This document shows positions 19,553 to 28,561 of a DNA stretch of 64,000 nucleotides, piece after piece (within the stretch, counting starts at the first letter, position 1; every line of letters starts with the position of its first letter). Made by a program: the position numbers and the translations under genes. This DNA comes from an uncultured Ruminococcus sp. (GTDB taxonomy: Bacteria > Bacillota > Clostridia > Oscillospirales > CAG-382): contig CAZNCN010000001.1 of NCBI GenBank assembly GCA_964571635.1, forward strand, positions 37,705-101,704, given 5' to 3'. Under the pieces are notes generated by a model. That model had not been told where the DNA came from and did no database searches. It worked only from the letters and a program-made list of their open reading frames with translations.

Positions 19553-20272
19553 TTAGTTTTCTCCATCCCCGTCTATGAGGTCGCTGACGGTGGGATCGCC
19601 GTCTGCGTCTGATGCGGGTTCAGCTTTCTTTTTAGACTTTTTGGGTTCTTGCTTGTCGCTGTCCTCGAGCGCCGCGGTCATAGCCTCAAAGCTCTCTTCG
19701 GGCAAAGGTTCATCGGTTGTCTGCTCTGACGCAGTTTTTTCATACTCTTGTCTGACGGCGTCGCCGACATCCGACAGTATGTGATTGACTATCTCGCGCT
19801 CGTCGGGCAGAACTATCTCGCTCAGCTCGTTGACCGAGATCGACTGCAATTCTTCAACGTGTTTGCCGTAAAGCTCAAACACGCTCTTTTTAAACTCGAC
19901 TATTGCCGAGCGGATGCGCCACATCTGCTGCTTTTCCTGCTCGATGCGCTCGTTGAATTCGTTGACGACGCGCTCACAGCGCTCGCGCACGGCATTGACG
20001 ATGACGTCGGCGCGCTCATTGGCGTCTGCGATTATGCGGTCGCTCATCTTGCGAGCCGAAACCAGCGTGCTGCGGATCGCCTCCTCCTCTTGTCTGAGCT
20101 CATCATATGATGTTGTAACTATGCGCAATTTGCGGTCGAGCTCGGCGTTTTCTTTATAAAGCTCGGTGTATTTTTGCAGCAAAAACTCGATGTATTCATC
20201 GACCTCGGCAGGAGAATATCCCTTGAGGCTGCGTGAGAACGCCTTGTTTTTGAGTTCGTGAGGAGCAAGCAT
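19553..20272 (-). CDS. divIVA: DivIVA domain protein
   Basis: N-terminus LAPHELKNKAFSRSLKGYSPAEVDEYIEF, coiled coil, acidic tail. The start is chosen at the second ATG, 8 nt after a GAAAGGA RBS. Confidence 0.8.
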   Translation of the reverse strand: MLAPHELKNKAFSRSLKGYSPAEVDEYIEFLLQKYTELYKENAELDRKLRIVTTSYDELRQEEEAIRSTLVSARKMSDRIIADANERADVIVNAVRERCERVVNEFNERIEQEKQQMWRIRSAIVEFKKSVFELYGKHVEELQSISVNELSEIVLPDEREIVNHILSDVGDAVRQEYEKTASEQTTDEPLPEESFEAMTAALEDSDKQEPKKSKKKAEPASDADGDPTVSDLIDGDGEN

Positions 20273-20311
20273 AAATAACATCCTTTCGTAAAATATAATG
20301 CGGCGACTGTG

Positions 20312-20593
20312 TCACCGCGGTATTATCATTAATAAAATGCGCACTATAGAGATGAGAGTATAGGTCAGCAAACTTGACAGGTCAAAACCCGAATCACTTA
20401 TCGCCTCTGATCGCGAGAGCAAGTCCCTGACAGGTGCGATAAGCGGTTCGGTGACTGATACACACATATTATAGATATTGCCGCCCTCGCCGCCGTTGAA
20501 CATGCTCATAACTGCACGAACCACTATGAGCAGTCCGACCGCCTCGAGCAAAAAGTCAACGGATATGGCGACAAATTCAATGATGTCCTGCAT
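20312..20593 (-). CDS. yggT: YggT family membrane protein
   Basis: 93 aa with two TM helices, in the conserved position between sepF and divIVA. Confidence 0.65.
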   Translation of the reverse strand: MQDIIEFVAISVDFLLEAVGLLIVVRAVMSMFNGGEGGNIYNMCVSVTEPLIAPVRDLLSRSEAISDSGFDLSSLLTYTLISIVRILLMIIPR

Positions 20594-20623
20594 CTTTTAA
20601 ACGGTCAAGCCATTAAAGGGCAA

Positions 20624-21076
20624 TCAAAAGAGATCGCGCGGCCCCTGAGCGGCGTCATCGCCTTCGACCTGTGCAGGCTCTCCGGTGATGCCGACATTCT
20701 TGGGAGTGAGGATATAAGTAGATGCGCCTGCACGCTTGATCTGACCGTGAACGGCATAAACTACGCCCGAGCAGAAGTCGAGTATATGGCGCAGAAGGTC
20801 TGCGTTTGCGTCCTCCATATTAAGCACGACGGTTCTGCCTGCGAGAAGCTGATCGGCAACAGCCTTGACCGATTCAAAGTTCTCGGGCTTCATTATCTTC
20901 ATCTCAAGATTGGTGTTAGAGCCGATGCCTGCGCCTGTAGGGCGAGCCGGCTGCGGTGCGCGGGGCGTGGTTGCGGGTGCGGAAGGAGCGGATATTTCTT
21001 CCTCTTCCAATTCTTCGTCGTTTTCGTCAAATTCGTCATCGGTAAAGATGCGAGAGATGCGGTCCTTGAGTCCCAT
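20624..21076 (-). CDS. sepF: Cell division protein SepF
   Basis: 150 aa with an acidic N-terminal linker and a conserved C-terminal domain (P..FE....I...L..G..V..N). Synteny with ylmE and yggT. Confidence 0.8.
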   Translation of the reverse strand: MGLKDRISRIFTDDEFDENDEELEEEEISAPSAPATTPRAPQPARPTGAGIGSNTNLEMKIMKPENFESVKAVADQLLAGRTVVLNMEDANADLLRHILDFCSGVVYAVHGQIKRAGASTYILTPKNVGITGEPAQVEGDDAAQGPRDLF

Positions 21077-21102
21077 GGTTTACCTCCAAGTTTTATTTAC
21101 AA

Positions 21103-21783
21103 TTATTTTTGATCACGTTTGCCAAACAGGGCAGTGCCGAGTCTGACGATGTTGGCGCCGTTCAAAGCCGCCGCCATATAATCATTGCTCATACCTGCCG
21201 ACAAAATGTCTATGCTACCATTATACACTTTCGACGCCGATATATCAATGAGTTTTTTATATATTTTTGCGAAAAGTACTGCGTTTTTTTCGTCATCATC
21301 GCATTTCGGAGCGACTGCCATCAATCCGCGCAGCCTCAGATTGCCAAATTCGGCAAGTGCGTCGGCAAATTCCGATGCTTCGATAAGCGAAATGCCGCCC
21401 TTGCTCTCTTCGTTTGCGAGGTTGATTTCGACCAGCACGTCCATCACCTTGCCGCAGGCGGCGGCACGGCGATCGATCTCGGATGCCAATTTGAGGCTGT
21501 CAACCGAGTGTATCATCGACACCTTGTCTATGATGTACTTGACCTTGTTGGTCTGCAACCTGCCGATAAAATGTATCTCGCATTTGTCTTTATCGATGGC
21601 ATCGTATTTTTCGAGCAATTCCTGCACGCGGTTTTCGCCTATCAGGTCGATGCCGTTTGCCAAAGCAAAATTGATAACCTCGGGAGGTTGCGTCTTTGTA
21701 GCGGCAAGCACTCTCACTCCGACAGGCAGTGATGCCTTGATGCGCTCGATGTTGGCTTTGAGCTCGGGATATGTGACCGTCAT
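21103..21783 (-). CDS. ylmE: YggS/YlmE family pyridoxal-phosphate homeostasis protein
   Basis: LAATKTQP (PLP lysine), GENRVQEL and HFIGRLQTNK motifs. Confidence 0.85.
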   Translation of the reverse strand: MTVTYPELKANIERIKASLPVGVRVLAATKTQPPEVINFALANGIDLIGENRVQELLEKYDAIDKDKCEIHFIGRLQTNKVKYIIDKVSMIHSVDSLKLASEIDRRAAACGKVMDVLVEINLANEESKGGISLIEASEFADALAEFGNLRLRGLMAVAPKCDDDEKNAVLFAKIYKKLIDISASKVYNGSIDILSAGMSNDYMAAALNGANIVRLGTALFGKRDQK

Positions 21784-23039
21784 CGCACAAGCACCCCCTC
21801 GTATATTCCCGTGCCCGAGGTTATCACGGTGTCATAAAGCGAAAGTGCCGTGCTCGAGATATAAGACTTATCGATCCTGTCGGGATACTGCGGATTGACA
21901 GGCAAAGCACATACATAATAGTTGCCCTGCCTGCAAAGCACCTCGGCAGTCTTGAATTTTATGACGCTGCCATCGAGAATATATACGCCCTGAACGTCAT
22001 CCTTGATCCTGAGTGCCTCGACCGAGATACGCAAACCCGAATATGTTCCGCCTACGACCCGGACGGTCTGGCTGCGGGTATACGAGAGTCCGTCAGGCAT
22101 AATATTGCAACTAAATACCGCAAGTGCGACGTCGCTGTCGCTTTGCGTTATACAACGCTCAAACACGCATCCAAGCTCTGTGCCCGACGAATACGGAAAA
22201 ACTATGTCATAACTCCTGCCGGATTTATATGCCTCTGCGGTCTTTTTGTCGGTGCGGCAGAGCATATACCATGTTTCACTGCGAACTATCTTGCCCGCCG
22301 ACGAATTGATCGACTTTTGATCTGCCTTGAGGTCGCCGAGCCTGTCAAAGCCCGAAACCGTCATGTAATAAAGCGAATCGAGCGTAAACTGACCCTCATA
22401 GCCGTCAACATCGGTGAAAAAATATCCCGACGACGGCGATTTTGCCGTTTCTCTGTCCTTGCTGAGCGTGCCTCTCAGCGTTGCCGCCTCGCTCTTGAGC
22501 TCTGAAATGCGCGACTCATAGTCCTTAAGACTCTGCGAAAGTGCGGCACTGCGGTTCATCTGAATATTCAATTCTTCTTTGTATCTTACAGCCGCCTCGA
22601 GGTCGTCCTTGAGTATACACTCGGAAATGATCGTGCGAAGCTCGGTTATGCGTGAAAGAATGACATTGATGTCCGTCGTGGTAGCACCCTCGCTGATAGC
22701 CGATGCCTCGAGCATATCGATGCTTTTTTCTATCTCGGCGATGCGGTTGCTGGTGGCGGCATCGCTCTCGCTTTTATAGAGATAAGCGACCTGATCGCCC
22801 GCCTTGACCTTTTCGCCGTCATCAAACAGATACGATGCCGTGCTGCCGACACTGCCCTGCACGAGCACCTCGTCTCTGAATATATAGCACTCCATCTCGG
22901 TCATGTCACGCACGGTAGTATATATCGCACTTTCGACCTCGATGTCAACGCCTGCACTGACTACAAGCTGCATGATTATAAACACCACGAGCGCGATCGC
23001 TATGACCGTGGTGGCAAGCTGTTTTAAAAAGTCAGTCAT
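21780..23039 (-). CDS. HlyD-like membrane-fusion/adaptor family protein (N-terminal TM, lipoyl-like hairpin, coiled coil, beta-barrel)
   Basis: 419 aa from the ATG at 23039, which overlaps the miaA stop (ATGACTGA). Pattern: TM helix, GEKVKAGDQVAYLY, a coiled coil of about 120 aa, then a C-terminal beta-rich domain. A 4-nt overlap links it to ylmE. Confidence 0.5.
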   Translation of the reverse strand: MTDFLKQLATTVIAIALVVFIIMQLVVSAGVDIEVESAIYTTVRDMTEMECYIFRDEVLVQGSVGSTASYLFDDGEKVKAGDQVAYLYKSESDAATSNRIAEIEKSIDMLEASAISEGATTTDINVILSRITELRTIISECILKDDLEAAVRYKEELNIQMNRSAALSQSLKDYESRISELKSEAATLRGTLSKDRETAKSPSSGYFFTDVDGYEGQFTLDSLYYMTVSGFDRLGDLKADQKSINSSAGKIVRSETWYMLCRTDKKTAEAYKSGRSYDIVFPYSSGTELGCVFERCITQSDSDVALAVFSCNIMPDGLSYTRSQTVRVVGGTYSGLRISVEALRIKDDVQGVYILDGSVIKFKTAEVLCRQGNYYVCALPVNPQYPDRIDKSYISSTALSLYDTVITSGTGIYEGVLVR

Positions 23040-23970
23040 CAGCCAAAAACTCCTTTGAAATTTCGAGCGCTCTTGCAAGCACCTCACTTCTGTCAGTCGA
23101 CGAAATGTCAAATATAACTCTGTCGTCGAATTTTGTGAAATATGTCATCTGGCGCTTGACATAGTTGCGAGTGTGCTGCTTGACCAGTGCCACAGCATCA
23201 TCAAGCGTCATCAAGCCGTCGAAATAGCCGTAAAATTCTTTATAGCCTATAGCCTGCGAAGCGGTCGGCGTCTGCCGCAAGCCTCTTTCGCAAAGTGTCT
23301 GCACCTCAAAAAGCAGGCCGTCATCGAGCATACTGTCGACCCTTGTGTCGCAGCTTTGATATATCGCCGCTCTGTCGGCGCATGTCAGATGCAGATGCAA
23401 AATGCGGTATGGCGAAGCACATTCGCTGACGCTGTCCGCAAGCTCGCTCTTGGTTGTCCCTGACGACGCAAGCTCTATCGCGCGGATAACACGCTTTATG
23501 TTGTTTGGATGTATCTCTGAAGCAGAGCGGGGATCGAGCTTTTCAAGCCTTGCGTGCAATGCCTCCGCACCGTTCTGCGCAGCAAAGGCATAAAGCTCCT
23601 CGCGCAATTCAGTATTTGCTCCGTCAGCCTCAAAAAATCTGCCCGACGTGAGCATTCGTATATACATTCCCGTGCCTCCGACCAGGATCGGCACTTTTTT
23701 TCGTGACGAAATGTCGTCGATGCATTCCGAAGCGAGCCTTATAAATTCAGACACCGAAAACGGCATTTGAATATCGGCAATATCTATCATGTGATGTACG
23801 GCAGCAGCTCGCTCTGCCTGTGTCGGCTTTGCCGTGCCGATGTCCATGCCACGATATATCTGCATGGAATCACCGCTGACTATCTCGCCGCCGATACGCT
23901 GTGCAAGCTCGATGCCGAGCGCCGTTTTGCCCGACGCCGTCGGGCCCGAAATAATTATTAGCGATTGCAT
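23032..23970 (-). CDS. miaA: tRNA dimethylallyltransferase
   Basis: P-loop ISGPTASGKT and DSMQIYRGMDIGTAKPT. Start at MQSL (23970), preceded by GGAGC. Confidence 0.9.
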   Translation of the reverse strand: MQSLIIISGPTASGKTALGIELAQRIGGEIVSGDSMQIYRGMDIGTAKPTQAERAAAVHHMIDIADIQMPFSVSEFIRLASECIDDISSRKKVPILVGGTGMYIRMLTSGRFFEADGANTELREELYAFAAQNGAEALHARLEKLDPRSASEIHPNNIKRVIRAIELASSGTTKSELADSVSECASPYRILHLHLTCADRAAIYQSCDTRVDSMLDDGLLFEVQTLCERGLRQTPTASQAIGYKEFYGYFDGLMTLDDAVALVKQHTRNYVKRQMTYFTKFDDRVIFDISSTDRSEVLARALEISKEFLADD

Positions 23971-24076
23971 AATGTGCTCCAAAAATCGTCAGTGTGTAAC
24001 CATAAGTGCTGCAATGCCTGCGATTCGTTGTATGCTTGTTGCACACCTTTTGGCTTCTCATCAGCCACATTGCCGC

Positions 24077-25120
24077 CTACTCGATATACATTGCATCGCC
24101 GAACGAAAAGAATCTGTATCTCTCTTCGACCGCCTTTTTATATGCGTTCATCGTATTATCATAGCCTGCGAACGCCGAAACGAGCATTATAAGCGTGCTC
24201 TCGGGCAAGTGAAAATTGGTTATCAGCGCATCGACGCACTTGAATTTATAAGGAGGATGTATAAATATCGATGTTTCGCCGTCGTATTCGTGCAATAATC
24301 CGCTGTCGTCGGATGCCGTTTCGAGCGTGCGCACCGAGGTGGTTCCGACGGCAATGATCCTGCCGCCGTTTTGCCTTATGCGGTTGATGTTCTGCGCATT
24401 TTCGGGCGTGACACGCATATATTCGCTGTGCATTATATGACCCGAGAGGTCGTCCTCCTTGACAGGTCTGAATGTGCCGAGCCCGACGTGCAGCAAAACA
24501 CGCTCGATATGCACACCCTTCGCCTGCAATTTTTCCAATAATTCCGGCGTAAAGTGCAAGCCTGCCGTAGGTGCGGCGGCAGAGCCGTTGACGCGTGAAT
24601 AGACCGTCTGATAGCGCTCTGCATCGGTGAGCCTTTCGGTGATATAAGGCGGCAGCGGCATCGAGCCTATCTCGGAAAGTATCTCGATGAATATTCCGTC
24701 TGCGATGAACCTGATAAGTCTTTTGCCGTCCTCGAGTATCTCGACAACCTCGGCAGAAAGCTTGTCGCCGAATATCAGCGTGTCGCCCGGGCGTGCCTTT
24801 TTGCCCGGCTTGTTCAAGCACTCCCAAAGCTCGTCGCCGTTGTCTGTCGGAACACGCTTCAGCAGCAGAGTTTCGACTGCGCCTGCGTGGCGTGGATTGA
24901 CACCGAAAAGCCGTGCCGGAATAACTCGTGTTTCGTTGATAACAAGGCAATCGCCCTCGTTTATATAATCGACAATATCGGCAAAATGCCTGTGCTCGAG
25001 AGCGCCATCCGACCTGTGCATGACCAAAAGCCGCGACATATCACGCCTTGCAGCAGGTGTCTGAGCGATAAGCTCCTGCGGCAGATCGTATTTATAGCTC
25101 GAACGCTTAAGCAGATCCAA
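24077..25120 (-). CDS. queA: S-adenosylmethionine:tRNA ribosyltransferase-isomerase
   Basis: YDLPQELIAQTPAxxRDxSRLLV N-terminus. Probable TTG start at 25120, preceded by GAGGGGG 6-7 nt upstream. Confidence 0.9.
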   Translation of the reverse strand: MDLLKRSSYKYDLPQELIAQTPAARRDMSRLLVMHRSDGALEHRHFADIVDYINEGDCLVINETRVIPARLFGVNPRHAGAVETLLLKRVPTDNGDELWECLNKPGKKARPGDTLIFGDKLSAEVVEILEDGKRLIRFIADGIFIEILSEIGSMPLPPYITERLTDAERYQTVYSRVNGSAAAPTAGLHFTPELLEKLQAKGVHIERVLLHVGLGTFRPVKEDDLSGHIMHSEYMRVTPENAQNINRIRQNGGRIIAVGTTSVRTLETASDDSGLLHEYDGETSIFIHPPYKFKCVDALITNFHLPESTLIMLVSAFAGYDNTMNAYKKAVEERYRFFSFGDAMYIE

Positions 25121-25222
25121 TTTATACCCCCTCGCGCACAATTGCGCTATACGACAAATATAATGATACAAATGTATTTTATCACAACTATCACGAAATT
25201 ACAACACCAAAGCAGGTATCAT

Positions 25223-26068
25223 ATGAAAAAATCGACTTTGTTTATAGGCTCTGCAACAGCACTTGTCACGCCGTTTGTCGGCGGCGAGATCGATTGGCTG
25301 TCTTTTGCAAGCCTGATAGAATTTCAGCTCACCGCAGGCACGGATGCACTCGTCATATGCGGCACGACAGGCGAAAGCGCCACTCTGACATACGACGAGC
25401 AAAAAGAATGCATCGCCTTTGCCGTCGACCAGGCGCGCGGCAGAGTGCCGATAATCGCAGGCGCAGGCAGCAACAGCACAAAAAATGCGGCAAGGCTTGC
25501 CGAAAACGCACAAAAGGCAGGTGCAGATGCGATACTTTCGGTCACTCCGTATTACAACAAGTGCTCACCCGACGGACTTTATAAACATTTTGAGGCGATA
25601 GCCGCATCTGTTTCTGTTCCTCTGATCGTTTATAACGTTCCGACTCGCACAGGCATGAGCATCACGCCCGAGGAATATTTAAAACTTTCGGAAATAGACG
25701 GTATCACAGCGATAAAAGAGGCAGGCAGGGACATAGGCGCATTTGCCGAGACCGCCTATCTCGTCGGCGACAGGCTCGACATATACTGCGGCAACGACGA
25801 TATGCTTTTGCCCGAGCTGTCGCTGGGCGCAAAGGGCATAATCAGCGTCGTTTCGAACCTCGAGCCAAAGGCGATAAAGCGCATATGCTCTGCGTATTTC
25901 GATGACGACCACAGACGCGCCGCCGCAGAATTTAAAAGGCTTTATCCCATAATAAAACAGCTTTCAAAGGGCATAAATCCTGCGCCCATAAAAAAGCTTA
26001 TGGCGGACAGAAATATGCTGCATAACGAACTTAGATTGCCGCTCACCGAAATTACCTCAGACCTCTGA
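25223..26068 (+). CDS. dapA: 4-hydroxy-tetrahydrodipicolinate synthase
   Basis: GSATALVTPF..., GTTGES and YNVPxRTG motifs. Start at the internal ATG 25223; the upstream part of the ORF-track frame overlaps queA. Confidence 0.9.
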   Translation: MKKSTLFIGSATALVTPFVGGEIDWLSFASLIEFQLTAGTDALVICGTTGESATLTYDEQKECIAFAVDQARGRVPIIAGAGSNSTKNAARLAENAQKAGADAILSVTPYYNKCSPDGLYKHFEAIAASVSVPLIVYNVPTRTGMSITPEEYLKLSEIDGITAIKEAGRDIGAFAETAYLVGDRLDIYCGNDDMLLPELSLGAKGIISVVSNLEPKAIKRICSAYFDDDHRRAAAEFKRLYPIIKQLSKGINPAPIKKLMADRNMLHNELRLPLTEITSDL

Positions 26069-26084
26069 AGGCACCGCAAACCAA

Positions 26085-26115
26085 AAGCCGCCTGAAATTA
26101 GGCGGCTTGGTTTTA
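26085..26115. terminator. Bidirectional terminator hairpin
   Basis: AAGCCGCCT-6 nt-AGGCGGCTT followed by GGTTTTATTT, between convergent dapA and the HAD/acetyltransferase gene. Confidence 0.6.
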
Positions 26116-27372
26116 TTTATTCTTTATCACCTTGCAGGGGACACCGACTGCGACGACGTTTGACGGCAGATCGTGCGTGACGACGCTGCCTGCGCCGACG
26201 ACGGTATTATCGCCTATCGTGATGCCGGGCAGGACGATAACGCCTGCGCCGAGCCAGCAGTTTTTGCCTATTCTTATAGGCTTATTATACTGATAAGCCA
26301 GTCTGCGCAGATCGTCATCGAGCGGATGTGCAGCGGTGGCAAGCACGACGTTCGGCCCGAACATGGTGTTGTCGCCGACGAATATTTCGGTATCGTCGAC
26401 CAAAGTCAGACCGAAGTTGGCATAAATATTCTTGCCGAATCTGACAAATTCGCCTGCCATATTGGCGTGAAGCGGAGGCTCGATATAGCACCCCTCGCCT
26501 ATCGCAGCGAACATTTCCTTCAGCATTTTTGCTCTTTTTTCGCCCTCAGAGGGTCTTGTTGCATTGTAATCATAAAGCATTTCGAGCCTCTCGAGCTGGT
26601 GCTTTGCACGCTCGGGCTCTGTGCAAAGATATGTTTCGCCGGTGTGCTGCTTGTCATCGGTGAAAAGGCTCATAGGGATCTGCGAGATATCGTCATAAAC
26701 GGTATCGGTGCGCTCGAGCAAAAGCCTTTTGTTGCATTCCTCGGGGGCGACGCCTATCATTTTGACACCGTAGCCTGCCGCAAAATCGCAGTCGACATAT
26801 GTATCGCCGACCATGCAGATTTCGTCCTTTGAAAGCGAATATTTCTTTGCAAAGCAGTCGAGATAATACGGATCGGGCTTTGGCGGATGGATGCCGTCGG
26901 CACAATAGATCTCGTCAAAATATTCTGCTATGCCAAACTGCGCAAGGCATTTATCTGCGCCGAACCTGTCGTCGGACGTGATGAGTGCGATATGCACGCC
27001 CTTTGACCTGAGCAGTCTGAAAAATTCGACTATATCATCGCAGGCAGGCTTTATCTCGCCTCTTGCAAAGCTGTCGTGGAACGCCGAAACGGTAAAAGCA
27101 TCAAACTCGTCTTTGTCTATCGACACTCCGTGGCTCGCAAGCACCTTTTCAAAACATTCTGCCATCATCCTGTATGTGCCGCCTGCCAAAACTCCCGTTA
27201 TATCCGTCACGCCGTCATAAACACCGACAGATTCAAAAAGCTCGTTTTTTGCCTCGTTGGGCAAAGAATAGCACTCGACGACCGCATCCACAGCGCCCTC
27301 TGCCACAGGCAGCCAAAGTGCGTCAAAATCAAGCAAAGTGCCGTCTTTATCAAAAATAATTCCCTTGATCAT
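26113..27372 (-). CDS. Fusion protein: HAD-superfamily phosphatase (N-terminal) + maltose/galactoside O-acetyltransferase-like hexapeptide transferase (C-terminal)
   Basis: N-terminus: IIFDKDGTLLD (DxDGT), ITSDD, GDTYVDCD. C-terminus: Maa-type N-cap (YNATRPSE...) and left-handed beta-helix repeats (IGKNCWLGAGVIVLPGITIGDNTVVGAGSVV). Confidence 0.7.
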   Translation of the reverse strand: MIKGIIFDKDGTLLDFDALWLPVAEGAVDAVVECYSLPNEAKNELFESVGVYDGVTDITGVLAGGTYRMMAECFEKVLASHGVSIDKDEFDAFTVSAFHDSFARGEIKPACDDIVEFFRLLRSKGVHIALITSDDRFGADKCLAQFGIAEYFDEIYCADGIHPPKPDPYYLDCFAKKYSLSKDEICMVGDTYVDCDFAAGYGVKMIGVAPEECNKRLLLERTDTVYDDISQIPMSLFTDDKQHTGETYLCTEPERAKHQLERLEMLYDYNATRPSEGEKRAKMLKEMFAAIGEGCYIEPPLHANMAGEFVRFGKNIYANFGLTLVDDTEIFVGDNTMFGPNVVLATAAHPLDDDLRRLAYQYNKPIRIGKNCWLGAGVIVLPGITIGDNTVVGAGSVVTHDLPSNVVAVGVPCKVIKNK

Positions 27373-27443
27373 AGCAATACGCTCCGTATATGTTTTTATA
27401 ATTCATAATACAATATATTGCCGTCTTTTGCAAGCCGTTTTTG

Positions 27444-27472
27444 TTGACACGCAAAAAGATGTTTGATATAAT
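27444..27472 (+). promoter_or_regulatory. Sigma-A-type promoter for yhaM
   Basis: TTGACA, 17 bp spacer, TATAAT (consensus hexamers), about 35 nt upstream of the start codon. Confidence 0.55.
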
Positions 27473-27505
27473 AAGCTACAAGCTTTTGCTGGAGGAATTA
27501 ATTGT

Positions 27506-28453
27506 ATGACTAATCACATATTGCTAAGCGACCTCAAGCCCGGCACCGGCGTTGAGGGCTGCTATATTCTCAAGGATGCCGCCGTCAAGCTCGCATCCAA
27601 CGGTCGCAAATACCTGTCGGGCGTGCTTTCGGACGCCTCGGGCGAGGCAGACCTCATGATGTGGGACTATCAAGGCACTGTCGGCGCTCAGGACATCGGT
27701 GAAGCAGTGCTCGTTCGCGGCAACGTCGGCGAATATAAGGGCAATTTGCAGATAACCGGCATCAGAATACAGCTTGCTCCCGAGGGGACATACGAGCTGA
27801 CAGATCTCGTGCCGTCAGCTCCTATCGACAGGGACAGAGCACTCGAATACATCAAAGAAACCGTCGCATCCATCACAGACGACGACTATAAAAAAATCAC
27901 CGAAACGCTGCTTACACGCCATCTCGACGATTTTGCAAAGATCCCCGCCGCAAAAAGCGTGCATCACGGTTTTTTATACGGACTGCTCATGCACACGGCG
28001 TATATGCTGCGCACGGCAGAGTTTCTGGCAAAGCAATATTCGGCAGTTGTCGACCGCAGCCTGCTTATAGCCGGCACGCTCCTGCACGACCTTGCAAAAA
28101 CAGAGGAGTTTTGCATATCAAAATACGGGCTCGTCACCGATTATTCCGCAAAGGGACAGCTCATCGGGCATCTCGTGGCAGGAGCAATGGGTGTCGCCGA
28201 CACCGCAAAGGAATTGGGCATTGATGAAAAGAAGTCTATGCTGCTGCAGCACATGATACTTTCGCATCACGGCACTCCCGAGCACGGCGCGGCGGTCGTG
28301 CCTGTCTGTGCCGAAGCGGAACTGCTGCATTACATAGACCTCATCGACAGCCGCATGGAAATATACGCCGAGAACTTCAAGGCCATGCAGCCCGACACAT
28401 TCAGCCCCAAGAGCATTTTTGCTCTGGAACACAAGATATATAGACACAAATAA
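27506..28453 (+). CDS. yhaM: 3'-5' exoribonuclease YhaM family (OB fold + HD domain)
   Basis: N-terminal OB-fold pattern, HD region (HHGFLYGLLMHT...LLHDLAK...SHHG). Confidence 0.75.
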   Translation: MTNHILLSDLKPGTGVEGCYILKDAAVKLASNGRKYLSGVLSDASGEADLMMWDYQGTVGAQDIGEAVLVRGNVGEYKGNLQITGIRIQLAPEGTYELTDLVPSAPIDRDRALEYIKETVASITDDDYKKITETLLTRHLDDFAKIPAAKSVHHGFLYGLLMHTAYMLRTAEFLAKQYSAVVDRSLLIAGTLLHDLAKTEEFCISKYGLVTDYSAKGQLIGHLVAGAMGVADTAKELGIDEKKSMLLQHMILSHHGTPEHGAAVVPVCAEAELLHYIDLIDSRMEIYAENFKAMQPDTFSPKSIFALEHKIYRHK

Positions 28454-28482
28454 GTGCTTTGCGCAGGCAAAAACAAAGAGAT

Positions 28483-28525
28483 AAGGTGGATTTTCGCATA
28501 GATGTGCGAAAATCCACCTTTTTTA
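28483..28525. terminator. Strong bidirectional terminator hairpin (copy A of a repeated palindromic element)
   Basis: AAGGTGGATTTTCGCA-6 nt-TGCGAAAATCCACCTT followed by TTTTT. Confidence 0.7.
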
Positions 28526-28561
28526 TAAATGATGTTGTCACTTTGTGACAGTGACTCTTTT

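Noticed and set aside
24246-24950. 234-aa Arg-rich ORF in an alternative minus-strand frame.
   Set aside because: It lies entirely inside queA, which has unambiguous conserved motifs. The composition (Arg/Ala/Gly-rich) is a frame-shifted artefact of GC-rich coding sequence.
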